Source: Sutterella sp. (GTDB lineage Bacteria > Pseudomonadota > Gammaproteobacteria > Burkholderiales > Burkholderiaceae_F). Taken from it: DNA of 59,518 nt. The notes under the pieces are model-generated. The model made no database searches. It saw nothing but the letters and a program-made list of their open reading frames with translations, and was not told the origin of the DNA. The stretch spans positions 46,099 to 105,616 of the forward strand of contig DYCH01000077.1 in the NCBI GenBank assembly GCA_019418235.1, written 5' to 3'. The position numbers and the translations under genes are program-made. Below, piece by piece: positions 25,186-34,880 of the stretch; position 1 is the stretch's first letter, and each line of letters starts with the position of its first letter.

Positions 25186-27000
25186 TTACTTGGTGTTGAA
25201 GGCCTTTTCTGCGCTAATCGGCATGGCTTGGTAGCCCATCGTGTCCAACAATTGGATTTCAACAGCAGGCTTCGTTTCACCCCACTTGAATTCATCAATG
25301 AACGGATGCGGAGCAACGTTGTTGGTGAACTTGGCGCCCATACCGGCCGTGGCGGAGTAAACCATCACAGAGTTCTTATCGGCGTAGTACTTCGTCAAGG
25401 ACGTGACAGGGCTATACCAGTCATTGCCACGTTCTTCACCGTATTGCCAAACTTGTTGAACCGTTCCCTTCTTTTGATCGATCTTATAGACAACGGCGCG
25501 GCTGTACTTCATGCTAGGAATAGCGGGTTGTTCCATATGACGACCGTCACCATTGTCAAAAGCCGTGATGTAGATCACATCCTTATTGGATTTTTCATCA
25601 ATACGGAAGGCGGTGTGTTGCGTCCAAGTCCAATCGAACCCTTCTGCACACTTGTTGTTTTCACACTTGATCTTCTTGCCCTTAGCATTCACAGGCGTCA
25701 AAACCTTTTCAGCCCAACCCTTCTTCCAACCTTGCGGAGAAGAAAGAATCCACTTCACCTTCTTATCACGACCGATCTTAATAATGGCCGATTGGTGACG
25801 AGAGGAAATGATGATGGAGTCATCAGACGGGTCATAGTCGACAGAGTTGACGTGAGCCCAGTTACGACCGGCCCCGGAACCCGTGATATCACCGAAGTTA
25901 TCGCTTTCATCCATCTTCGCTAAGTCTTCAGCAGAAAGCGTTTGACCGGACTTACTAGCATCAATATTAAGACAAACAGCGCCTTGGTCCAACGTCTTTA
26001 ACACATCGTCACGATATTGGTCCAAGATTTCCCACAAGCGGAATTCATCAGCCACTTGCCCTTGTTCGTCCAATTCAACGATAACGTCACGAACCGTGTG
26101 AACACGCTTACCATCCGGACGACGGTAGTCAGAGGAGGCTACACGCAAGAACGTATGACCGTTTTGTGCATTATCAAAGGAGTGAGAAAAGTCGGAATAA
26201 GAGGCCGGTAAGCGACGGTTGTAAATTTCACGACCCATCAAATCGTACTTCACGTAGCGTTGACCAAAGCCCCAAGAGATATTACCGTTGTTGTCTTGTT
26301 GGAAGCCCATCATCACGCCCGAGTTATAGACGCTTTCGGCATCGTAAATGGACTCAACATTCATGTACCAACGCACTTCGCCCGCCGTATCGATAATGGC
26401 ATTTTGCGGATAGAAGTTCCATTGCAAAGCGCCACCCATCGGGTTATTCCAAACCGTACGGCTTGCCTTTGCATAGTTTTGCATTAAGTTATTGACTAAA
26501 TACAAACGATCTTTAAAGGCAGGATCAACGGCATTGACTTTCGTTTTAAACATCGTTGATTTTTGAGACTTCATCCCGTTGGTTGCCGTATAAACGGGAG
26601 GCGCATACATTTGATAGGATTCAGAAATCTTTTCTTTTTTACCGTTGAAGTTACGGGTATAGGTCACTTCAACCGTATTGACATAGTCAGGATACAAGCC
26701 AAAAACAGGAATACCAGCATGAGTCATCAACTGACGCTTGCTCACGTTGTATTTCAGATCAGCACCGCCTTCTTTAGGCACGATATGCACAGAAGCATCT
26801 TCAATAACATAACCGCCATTGCGAATCACAGCCGTCAAAGGTGCAATTTTGTACGGGTTCATCACAATTTCACCGAGTTGTCCCTGAACAGCAAAAGCAA
26901 CGACAGGGCCAGAGGCTCCCCCTGCTGCCTGAACAGTGGTGGGTAAAACAGAAAACGCTAAGGGAATAGCGACAGCTAAAGAAGCAAGTTTGAGATTCAT
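25186..27000 (-). CDS. assT: aryl-sulfate sulfotransferase, copy 2 (diverged paralog)
   Basis: DFSH, HVNS, SSRHQ and WTQH motifs; CENNKC Cys pair; signal peptide. Confidence 0.93.
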   Translation of the reverse strand: MNLKLASLAVAIPLAFSVLPTTVQAAGGASGPVVAFAVQGQLGEIVMNPYKIAPLTAVIRNGGYVIEDASVHIVPKEGGADLKYNVSKRQLMTHAGIPVFGLYPDYVNTVEVTYTRNFNGKKEKISESYQMYAPPVYTATNGMKSQKSTMFKTKVNAVDPAFKDRLYLVNNLMQNYAKASRTVWNNPMGGALQWNFYPQNAIIDTAGEVRWYMNVESIYDAESVYNSGVMMGFQQDNNGNISWGFGQRYVKYDLMGREIYNRRLPASYSDFSHSFDNAQNGHTFLRVASSDYRRPDGKRVHTVRDVIVELDEQGQVADEFRLWEILDQYRDDVLKTLDQGAVCLNIDASKSGQTLSAEDLAKMDESDNFGDITGSGAGRNWAHVNSVDYDPSDDSIIISSRHQSAIIKIGRDKKVKWILSSPQGWKKGWAEKVLTPVNAKGKKIKCENNKCAEGFDWTWTQHTAFRIDEKSNKDVIYITAFDNGDGRHMEQPAIPSMKYSRAVVYKIDQKKGTVQQVWQYGEERGNDWYSPVTSLTKYYADKNSVMVYSATAGMGAKFTNNVAPHPFIDEFKWGETKPAVEIQLLDTMGYQAMPISAEKAFNTK

Positions 27001-27134
27001 GATCAGATCCTCAAGAGTTTAATGAGAGATGCAAATAGGTATTTGCTCTGAACAGTCTATGAGGAATCCGGTACCCAACCTAGGGGGATTAACTATCAAA
27101 AATAATAAAAAAGTGTCTTATCAACTTTCATTTT

Positions 27135-28100
27135 TTAAAAGCGATTTTTCTGTTCATAAAGGGCGCCAGACTCTGTTTGGGCATTCAACTTAAATTGACT
27201 TCGAATCCATTGCATTGCCGGATCATTGTGAACCCGATCGTGCCAAAATAAACAGGTGACAATTGAGCCTTGCTTGGCTGACGGGAACGGAAGAATCGCA
27301 ATATTGGGGTTTCTTTCAGCCACAAATTCCGCTGTTTCTCGGGGCATCGTTACCGTTAAATCCGACGTTTCAACAAAGATAAAAGAACCTAAAAAATAAG
27401 GTGAAATCACGCTCGTTTTCTGACTTGTTTTTTCGGTCGAAAAATGTCGATCGTAGTAACTTAAACTGTAGTCTTCTTCTGGGTTATTAATCAGACTGAT
27501 GTTATTGAGCACTCTTCCATAGGGTTCAAGATCAGCCACATCAAGGCGCCCCTTTTCATTAAAAATTTCCACCAACGGATGATGACGTCGCACGACAAGA
27601 ACTTGCTCAAAGACGTGTAAAGGCAAGTAATGATAGCCTTGCATACCCAGTGCTTTGGGACGAATCAGAAAATCAATCACGCCTTTTTGCAAATCCTCAA
27701 AGCTCGAAAAATTCGAAAAAGTAAACGCAAGAGTACATTGTGGCGCCCCTTCATTGATGGCCTTAACGACAGGAGCTAAAAGGTAGGGAACGGCGTTGTC
27801 GGGACTAGCAATTCTGATAATACGTTTCAGGGTCTTCGGGTCAAAAACACGATGGCGACTGAGCGCCATTAATTTTGTGTTGGCCTGTAAAACATCACCA
27901 ATAATTTCCGTTGCAAAACTCGTCGGAATTAGCCCTTGAGGAGAACGCACAAAACAAGGATCTCCAAAAATTTCTTTTAATCTTGCCACTCGTCGAGAAG
28001 CCGTGGGCAACGTTAAATTAAGCTCTTGGGCGGCAAGCGTAATGCTTCGTTTTTCCCACAAGGCGATGAAAAGTTGAAGGTCTTCTTGTGAAATATTCAT
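27135..28100 (-). CDS. LysR-family transcriptional regulator, co-oriented upstream of assT copy 2
   Basis: SITLAAQELNLTLPTASRR HTH and WHDRVHNDPAMQWIR; start set at MNISQ. Confidence 0.9.
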   Translation of the reverse strand: MNISQEDLQLFIALWEKRSITLAAQELNLTLPTASRRVARLKEIFGDPCFVRSPQGLIPTSFATEIIGDVLQANTKLMALSRHRVFDPKTLKRIIRIASPDNAVPYLLAPVVKAINEGAPQCTLAFTFSNFSSFEDLQKGVIDFLIRPKALGMQGYHYLPLHVFEQVLVVRRHHPLVEIFNEKGRLDVADLEPYGRVLNNISLINNPEEDYSLSYYDRHFSTEKTSQKTSVISPYFLGSFIFVETSDLTVTMPRETAEFVAERNPNIAILPFPSAKQGSIVTCLFWHDRVHNDPAMQWIRSQFKLNAQTESGALYEQKNRF

Positions 28101-28141
28101 GACTATCTCGATTTCAAAATTTCCAATTTCCAGTATACAGA

Positions 28142-28158
28142 CTTTCAGAAATTGAAAG
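28142..28158. promoter_or_regulatory. putative LysR box upstream of lysR copy 2
   Basis: CTTTCA-N5-TGAAAG dyad containing T-N11-A. Confidence 0.4.
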
Positions 28159-28207
28159 CGCCTCTCCATCAAAGACAGAAAGGCGCTCAAAAAAGGTTTG
28201 AAACCGA

Positions 28208-29464
28208 TTAGCCGCGAACTTGTCCGTTACCCGTCACTAAATACTTATAAGACGTTAATTCCGGTAACGCCATTGGGCCTCGGGCATGAAGCTTTTGCGT
28301 ACTGATACCGATTTCTGCACCAAAACCAAATTCAAAGCCATCTGTAAATCGAGTGGAAGCATTGACATAGACAGCCGCCGCATCAATTGAGCATTGGAAG
28401 ATCTGAGCATTTGTTGCGTCTTCGGTGACAATGCATTCAGAATGCTTTGTACTAAAGCGTGCGATGTGGTCAATTGCCTCTTCTAACCCTTCAACAATCT
28501 TCACCGACAATCGCAAATCACCGTATTCCGTGGCCCAATCTTCCTCGGTCGCAGGAACCACTCGTGCGTCAAAGGCTTGCACCTTCTCGCACCCCATGAT
28601 CGTTACACCGGCTTCAAAATAATCTTTAAGCATTGCAGGTAAGAAGGTTTGCGCCACATCCTTATGAACCAAAAGCGTTTCCATGGCATTGCAAACAGAA
28701 GGACGTTGCACCTTGGCGTTAAAGGCGATCTTTCGCGCTTTATCGCAATCGGCCGTAGCATCGACAAAGGTATGGCAAACACCCGACCCCGTTTCAATCA
28801 CAGGGACAGAGGCATTTTGAACCACGAAACGAATCAAACCTGCGCCACCACGCGGAATGACCACGTCAACATAATCATTCATGCGAATAAGGTGCGTCAC
28901 CGCCTCACGATCGGTCACGTCAATGAGTTGAATGGCGCCAACAGGGATCCCATTGGCGTAAGCCGCCTGCGTCAAAACCTTAGCAATCGCAACGTTGGAA
29001 GATAATGCTTCGCTACCGCCCTTTAACACAACGGCATTGCCCGACTTCACACAAAGACCGATGGCATCCGCTGTCACATTGGGGCGGGCTTCATAAATAA
29101 TACCAATCACCCCCAAAGGCACTTGAACCTTTTGAATATGAAGGCCGTTATCCAACGTTCGATCCGATAAAACGTCGCCCACAGGGTCGGCAAGGTCTGC
29201 GACTTGACGTAGACCCTCAGCCATCCCTTCAATGCGCTTTACGGTCAATTGAAGGCGATCCAACATGGAAGACTTCATCCCGTTAGCACGAGCGCGTTCC
29301 ATGTCTTTTTCGTTTTCAGTCAAAATGAAATCACTTTGAGCCAACAAGGCATCGGCCATGGCTAAAAGCGCACGATTTTTGGTCTCGGTGTCAACCAAGG
29401 CCAATCGTCTTTCGGCCTCATGCGCCAAACGGGCTTTATCGCGCACCAAATCATAAGTACTCAT
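28208..29464 (-). CDS. proA: gamma-glutamyl phosphate reductase
   Basis: IIYEARPNVT, PSVCNAMET, NASTRFTDG and GISTQKLHARGPM; GGAGG SD upstream. Confidence 0.96.
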   Translation of the reverse strand: MSTYDLVRDKARLAHEAERRLALVDTETKNRALLAMADALLAQSDFILTENEKDMERARANGMKSSMLDRLQLTVKRIEGMAEGLRQVADLADPVGDVLSDRTLDNGLHIQKVQVPLGVIGIIYEARPNVTADAIGLCVKSGNAVVLKGGSEALSSNVAIAKVLTQAAYANGIPVGAIQLIDVTDREAVTHLIRMNDYVDVVIPRGGAGLIRFVVQNASVPVIETGSGVCHTFVDATADCDKARKIAFNAKVQRPSVCNAMETLLVHKDVAQTFLPAMLKDYFEAGVTIMGCEKVQAFDARVVPATEEDWATEYGDLRLSVKIVEGLEEAIDHIARFSTKHSECIVTEDATNAQIFQCSIDAAAVYVNASTRFTDGFEFGFGAEIGISTQKLHARGPMALPELTSYKYLVTGNGQVRG

Positions 29465-30608
29465 CACTGGCCTCCAAACCGAAAATCACTAAATCATCAC
29501 GGTGAACCACTTCATCAAACGCTTTGTGACCCAAGCGCATTTCAATTTCATCACTGTGGCAACCTAAAATCTTTTGAATTTCATCGGATGCGTAGTGCGA
29601 TAAGCCACGGGCCAATTCCTCGCCACTTTCGTTGACAATGCTCACCGTGTTACCTGGTTCAAATTCGCCTTCCACAGCCTTGATACCCACAGGCAAAATG
29701 CTGCAACCGCCGGCTTTTTTCATTGCCTTGGCACACCCATCATCCACCGTCAACTTGCCCTTAATACGAGCACCAAAGGCCAACCATTTCTTTCTAAATT
29801 GCAAACGGTTTTCTCGAGAAACGAAAAGGGTACCGATATTTTCGCCATTGAGAATGCGGGTAACGGAATCAAGTTCTTCACCAGAGGCAATCACCAAGTT
29901 AATGCCAGAGGTGGTTGCGTTTTTAGCAGCCTGCAATTTCGTTGCCATCCCGCCCGTACCGACGCTACTGCCTGCGCCACCGGCGCTCGCTTCAATCGCT
30001 GGCGTAATCTCTTCGACTTCGCTCACAAGCTTGGCATCCGGATGCGTTTGAGGATTTGCCGTATAAAGACCGTCAACGTCAGACAAAATAATGACCAAAT
30101 CGGCTTCAACAATGCCCGCCACCAAAGCTGACAAGTTGTCATTGTCACCGATCTTTAATTCGTCTAAAGCCACCACGTCATTTTCATTGACAATCGGAAT
30201 CACACGGCTCTTTAAGAGCTCTTTAAAGGTGTTACGAGCATTGATATAGCGATGACGATCCACCGTCTCTTGGCGAGTAATCAAAACTTGAGCCGTGATT
30301 TGCCCGTATTCTGAGAAAAATTTGTCGTAGGTGTGCATCAAGATGCCTTGCCCCACAGCAGCGGCAGCTTGCTTACCCGGAATGGTTTTTGGCTTCTCGG
30401 TAAGACCCAAACGATCAACCCCCACGGCCACGGCGCCCGAGGTCACCAAAATCATTTCTTTGCCTTGATTTTGAAGGTCTGAAAGCTCTCTAGCCAAACG
30501 ATCCATTCGTGCAAAATCACGCTTGCCATTGGCATGCGTAATCGTGCTGGAACCAACTTTAACCACAATTCGTTTAGCGTTTTTTAATTCTGAGCGAGAA
30601 ATCAACAT
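29451..30608 (-). CDS. proB: glutamate 5-kinase with PUA domain
   Basis: VVKVGSS, PIVNENDVV, GDNDNLSA, GTGGMATK and VVHRDDL. Confidence 0.96.
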   Translation of the reverse strand: MLISRSELKNAKRIVVKVGSSTITHANGKRDFARMDRLARELSDLQNQGKEMILVTSGAVAVGVDRLGLTEKPKTIPGKQAAAAVGQGILMHTYDKFFSEYGQITAQVLITRQETVDRHRYINARNTFKELLKSRVIPIVNENDVVALDELKIGDNDNLSALVAGIVEADLVIILSDVDGLYTANPQTHPDAKLVSEVEEITPAIEASAGGAGSSVGTGGMATKLQAAKNATTSGINLVIASGEELDSVTRILNGENIGTLFVSRENRLQFRKKWLAFGARIKGKLTVDDGCAKAMKKAGGCSILPVGIKAVEGEFEPGNTVSIVNESGEELARGLSHYASDEIQKILGCHSDEIEMRLGHKAFDEVVHRDDLVIFGLEASDEYL

Positions 30609-30654
30609 AAGGTCACCCGTTTTAGAAGAATTCTTCCATTATATTCAAAGATTT

Positions 30655-32001
30655 TCACAAGCATCCCGTCATATACACAGGCAACACCACGAGATCTCCA
30701 TCAACTTTAAGATCCTTCGTGCAGATGATGTAACGCTTGCCTAACCTATCGCGATATTTGTTAACAAAGTAGTCCAATGAAGTATGCTTGCGATAGTCGC
30801 CAGACTTCACCTCAATCGGACAGATTTTTTTCATTTGACGAATCAAGAAATCAATTTCGATATTTTTGCGACTCGCATCGTCCTTGGTCTCTGTATAAAA
30901 GTAGAGTTGATGCCCTTTGGCTCTGAGCTGTTGAGCAACGACATTTTCAAAGAACATTCCTTCATTGAGACTTAGTTTTCCGTACAAAATACCGTTAATG
31001 ACCTCTTCCTCAAGAGAGGGACCACTTTGCGTTGCTGTCACCGTCAAAAGCCCCGTGTCGGCCATGTAGCATTTGAGTGTTGAACGACCGATATTGAGCT
31101 TTAGACCAATCGTTGGATCCGTTGAGTTGTACGCACAATTGACGATTTTTGAATCCGACAACCACATAAAGGCATCTTCATAAGTACGCATTCGGGCGTC
31201 TTTTTTAAGACTGGCCAATTTAAAGCGTTTCTGATGCGATGAAAGCTGCGACGGAATATCATCAAAAATCAATCTGACTTTCATTTCGCTTTCACCGGCG
31301 TAGCGAGAGATATCCTCACGGTAAAGAGCCAAAATATTTTGTTGAATTCTCCTCACACCAAGAAAATCTTTTGTTTCCGCATAGTGACTGACAGCCTGAG
31401 GCATTCCACCAACTAGCATATAGGTGCGGAACAACTTCATAATCTCTCGATGCACACCGTCGCCAAGAGGCATAAGCGACTCGTAATGTGAATGAATGGT
31501 CTCTTTAATCATGCCGCTTTCGTCAATCACATCGAGAAACTCTTCAAAGTCCAATGGATTGAGGGCCATACGGATTTCTTCAGATGGCAGAACAATATCT
31601 GCAATGTTGCTCTTGATACTAATGAGCGACCCCGTTTCAATGTAGTCATAACGGCCGTCAGCGACAAGGTGCTTAATGAGTTGCCTTGCGAGAGGGAAAA
31701 GCTGCACTTCGTCAAAAATAATGCAGGATTGACGGCGATACAGTGGCGTTCTGAAAAGTAAAGACAGTCGAGAGAAGAATTCATCAAGGTCGTATGAAAA
31801 CTCCCTGAATATCTCCAACAATCTTGGATGAGGACGAGAAAAATCGATGTAAAGATAGCTCTTATACTCTTTAGAGGCGAAATCTTTTGCTAAAAAACTC
31901 TTTCCTACACGTCGCGCACCCTCTATCAACATGGCAGTTGTTCCTTGGTCTCGCATCTTCCAAGCCAGTAGTTCCTCATATCCTTTTCTTTTCATATACA
32001 T
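30655..32001 (-). CDS. AAA_14-type ATPase with C-terminal DUF4143 (PD-(D/E)XK-like) domain
   Basis: GARRVGKS, IFDEVQ, ETGS, VGGMPQAV, KCYMADTGL and EIDFL...PIEVKS. Confidence 0.85.
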   Translation of the reverse strand: MYMKRKGYEELLAWKMRDQGTTAMLIEGARRVGKSFLAKDFASKEYKSYLYIDFSRPHPRLLEIFREFSYDLDEFFSRLSLLFRTPLYRRQSCIIFDEVQLFPLARQLIKHLVADGRYDYIETGSLISIKSNIADIVLPSEEIRMALNPLDFEEFLDVIDESGMIKETIHSHYESLMPLGDGVHREIMKLFRTYMLVGGMPQAVSHYAETKDFLGVRRIQQNILALYREDISRYAGESEMKVRLIFDDIPSQLSSHQKRFKLASLKKDARMRTYEDAFMWLSDSKIVNCAYNSTDPTIGLKLNIGRSTLKCYMADTGLLTVTATQSGPSLEEEVINGILYGKLSLNEGMFFENVVAQQLRAKGHQLYFYTETKDDASRKNIEIDFLIRQMKKICPIEVKSGDYRKHTSLDYFVNKYRDRLGKRYIICTKDLKVDGDLVVLPVYMTGCL

Positions 32002-32026
32002 ACAATAATTCTCCTAGCTTAAAAAA

Positions 32027-32138
32027 CACGATGCGCCAATTCATTTTATCCATATTTTGCACGTTCCGCCAACATAAAAATACGTAAAAATACACATTCC
32101 GCCAATATAAAACATGAGATTTTTACACGTCCCGCTCA
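32027..32138. repeat. four phased direct repeats, 33-bp period
   Basis: CACGATGCGCCAA (32027), CACGTTCCGCCAA (32060), CACATTCCGCCAA (32093), CACGTCCCGCTCA (32126). Confidence 0.8.
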
Positions 32139-33535
32139 TTCAGTGTATCCAAAATCTCTCGGTAAGTGACAAGCGAAACATTTCCAAGTTCTCGTGCTTT
32201 TGCCTCACAAGCCGGAGTAAATCCCGTCTTTGAGAAAAGATAGAAATGCGGATTATTGCTATTGAACATGTGGCTTCGCTCTAGCAAAGTCTGCAAAACA
32301 CCCAAATCCACTTTTTCATTAGTCCACTTGCATTCGGCAAAGAGAACCGATTTTTTACCGTCAGAACCGACGATATCAATTTCCTCTTGTTCTCTTGTCT
32401 TCGGATTTGTTCCCCACCAACGCCCCAAATCATTGAAATCAACGGGACTGAGCCCTTGAAAAAGCGTTTCCCAAAGATATTGCTTACAGATATCCTCAAA
32501 CACTGCTCCGGAAAATTCCGATAGATGTGGTTCAATTCTGCGAAATGCCAGTGTTGATGCGCCACGAGCAATGAGTTGTTGGTTTTCTGGAACAAATCTA
32601 AACCAGAATCGGAAAAGATTATCGGCAATAGAATAAATCGATTTCCGGGAATTTTTCTCTCCAAAGGGCACCTCTTTTTTCACCAACCCCAGCATCATGA
32701 GATTTTTTAAGTACGCTGTGCAAACAGAAGTCTCTTCTCCGACTTTCGTAGAAATCTCGTTCATTCGGGAGGCGCCACCTGCGATCGCACTCATCAAAGC
32801 GTAGTAAAGTGCAGCCTCTCTGACTTCTTGTTTGAGCAAATTCTCAGGCTCTTCATAGATTGAAGAAGTAGGATTCAAAAAAGTCTGGCAAATGTTCTCT
32901 TCAATGGACAAGCGATCATTCAGTTGCAACAGGTACTGTGGCGTACCCCCCATCATCGCGTAAGCCAAGATTTTCGCTTCATCCGAAAAACCTTTCAGGT
33001 AGCGACACGTATCGGCAAAATCAAAGGGTTCTACCTTCATCTGTGCTGTACGACGACCGTAAAGGGGCGCCTTATACGACAACACATGATCCTCAATGTA
33101 CGACATCGAGGATCCGCACAAAATCAACATTAATTTGGAATGATCTTTGTATTGATCAATTAGGCGTTGAAGTGTTGATGCCAAACTCTTTGAAGACCTT
33201 GCCACATAGGGATACTCATCAATCACCAACACTAAACGTTCATCTTGAGCTTGTTTAAATACGTATTCCAAAGCGGCTTGAAAGCTCGTAAAAACACTTC
33301 CTTCCAATCCCTTTTCTAAGGTCGAATCGAAAATACTTTGACTGAAGTTTTCCAAATTTTGCTTCGCATTACTTTCCACGCCCATGAAATAGACGGCTTT
33401 TTTGTTTTTGATGAATTCTGTGATGAGTGCTGTTTTTCCCACTCGTCGCCGCCCATAGATCACTGCAAATTCAAACTTCTCAGAGTTATAGAGCGATTCC
33501 AAAGACTTTAGCTCTTTCTCACGACCGATAAACAT
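32123..33535 (-). CDS. archaeal-type ATPase (ATPase_2) with C-terminal DUF234 nuclease-like domain
   Basis: MFIGREKEL, YGRRRVGKT, VIDEYPY, CGSS, PLYGRRT, GRWWG and EIDIV...AECKW. Confidence 0.85.
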   Translation of the reverse strand: MFIGREKELKSLESLYNSEKFEFAVIYGRRRVGKTALITEFIKNKKAVYFMGVESNAKQNLENFSQSIFDSTLEKGLEGSVFTSFQAALEYVFKQAQDERLVLVIDEYPYVARSSKSLASTLQRLIDQYKDHSKLMLILCGSSMSYIEDHVLSYKAPLYGRRTAQMKVEPFDFADTCRYLKGFSDEAKILAYAMMGGTPQYLLQLNDRLSIEENICQTFLNPTSSIYEEPENLLKQEVREAALYYALMSAIAGGASRMNEISTKVGEETSVCTAYLKNLMMLGLVKKEVPFGEKNSRKSIYSIADNLFRFWFRFVPENQQLIARGASTLAFRRIEPHLSEFSGAVFEDICKQYLWETLFQGLSPVDFNDLGRWWGTNPKTREQEEIDIVGSDGKKSVLFAECKWTNEKVDLGVLQTLLERSHMFNSNNPHFYLFSKTGFTPACEAKARELGNVSLVTYREILDTLNERDV

Positions 33536-33563
33536 TTTCCAACTTCCTTAATCATTAGACTGA

Positions 33564-33617
33564 GATTTAGTCTAGCACGATTTAGTAATTTACGATTTAC
33601 TAATTTGTGATTATATT
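33564..33617. repeat. direct repeats with 15-bp period upstream of the DUF234 ATPase
   Basis: GATTTAGTCTAGCAC (33564), GATTTAGTAATTTAC (33579), GATTTACTAATTTGT (33594), degenerate GATTATATT (33609). Confidence 0.7.
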
Positions 33618-33630
33618 ATATGAAAAAGTT

Positions 33631-33674
33631 AAAAGAAATCCCGTATCACAACCGTTTCCGACGCGATACGGGAT
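33631..33674 (-). terminator. terminator after the amidohydrolase
   Basis: ATCCCGTATC/GATACGGGAT stem then TTCTTTT on the minus strand. Confidence 0.65.
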
Positions 33675-33692
33675 GGAATAACCGATTAAGAA

Positions 33693-34859
33693 CTAGCTAT
33701 TTAAGAAGTCCACTGCGACTTGCACATGCGTCAATGCAGCATCCATCAAAACGGATTCATCGACCTTAAAGCACGTGGAGTGTTGCGGGTGAACGGCATC
33801 GCATTCAGGATTGCGGATACCAAACATCGTCATCACACCCGGCACCGTCAATTGGTAATTACCGAAGTCTTCACCACCCATGGAGATGGGATAGTCATAG
33901 AGACAGTTTTCGCCCAAAACTTTCTTGGCTGCACCACGAACGATTTCAGCTAACTTCGGGTCATTAATGGTAGGCGGTACCATTTGCGTCGTAATCACTT
34001 CAGCTTCACCACGATAAGCCTTAGCCGTTTCTTCGCAAACGCGCGTCATGGCAGCAGGAATTTGAGCGCGAACTTCGTTACTGAAGCAACGCGTCGTACC
34101 CGTCAACTTGGCCTTACCGGCAATCACGTTCCAACGCGTACCGGCATTGATCGTACCGACAGAAATCACCGCCGTTTGCGTCGGGTCGATTTCACGAGCA
34201 ACAATCGATTGGAGGTTTTGCACAATAGCAGAAGCAATCACAACAGCATCTTTCGTTAAATGCGGTTGAGAGCCGTGACCGTCTTGACCCTTGATGTTGA
34301 CTTCAAACATGTCAGCAGAAGCCATCGTGGGGCCGCTACGCACAGAGATTTGACCGGCAGGAACATCAGCCCAAACGTGTGTACCGTAGCAAGCATCAAC
34401 GCCATCCAAAATACCTTCAGCGATCATGGCCGGAGCGCCCGTACCCATTTCTTCACTCGGTTGGAAGGCCAAGACGACCGTACCACAGAGCTCATCTTTA
34501 ATGTCGTTTAAGATGGCAGCCGCCGTCAATAAGCAAGACATGTGGCAGTCGTGGCCACAGGCGTGGCTCACGCCTTCATTTTCAGAGGCAAATTCATAAC
34601 CCGTTTCTTCAGGTACGCTCAATGCGTCCATGTCGGCGCGCAACATGATGCACTTACCGGGCTTGGCACCGCGAATCGTTGCCTTAATCCCCGTCTTCAA
34701 ACCACAGGGAACCCATTCAATGCCCATACGGTCAAGTTCAGCCTTGATGTGGGCAGACGTATTGAATTCTTGTTCGCTCACTTCAGGGTGAGCATGGAAC
34801 CAACGACGTTGTTCGATCAAATAGTCGTTGTAGCGACTTTTCATTGCTTCATAATTCAT
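33693..34859 (-). CDS. M20D-family amidohydrolase (aminoacylase/hippurate hydrolase-like)
   Basis: HAHPE, LRADMDAL, HACGHD, FQPSEE and MGGEDF motifs. Confidence 0.9.
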   Translation of the reverse strand: MNYEAMKSRYNDYLIEQRRWFHAHPEVSEQEFNTSAHIKAELDRMGIEWVPCGLKTGIKATIRGAKPGKCIMLRADMDALSVPEETGYEFASENEGVSHACGHDCHMSCLLTAAAILNDIKDELCGTVVLAFQPSEEMGTGAPAMIAEGILDGVDACYGTHVWADVPAGQISVRSGPTMASADMFEVNIKGQDGHGSQPHLTKDAVVIASAIVQNLQSIVAREIDPTQTAVISVGTINAGTRWNVIAGKAKLTGTTRCFSNEVRAQIPAAMTRVCEETAKAYRGEAEVITTQMVPPTINDPKLAEIVRGAAKKVLGENCLYDYPISMGGEDFGNYQLTVPGVMTMFGIRNPECDAVHPQHSTCFKVDESVLMDAALTHVQVAVDFLNS

Positions 34860-34880
34860 TTCAAATACCTCTGTTCATAG

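Noticed and set aside
25116..25316. N-terminal extension of dsbL copy 2 in the ORF track
   Set aside because: It overlaps the assT 3' end; alignment with copy 1 and the SD put the start at 25115. Extensions of dsbL copy 1, lysR copy 2, AspT and the NSS genes were trimmed for similar reasons.
32027..32138. CRISPR array
   Set aside because: Repeats are only ~13 bp and degenerate, the period is 33 bp, and there are no cas genes in the window.
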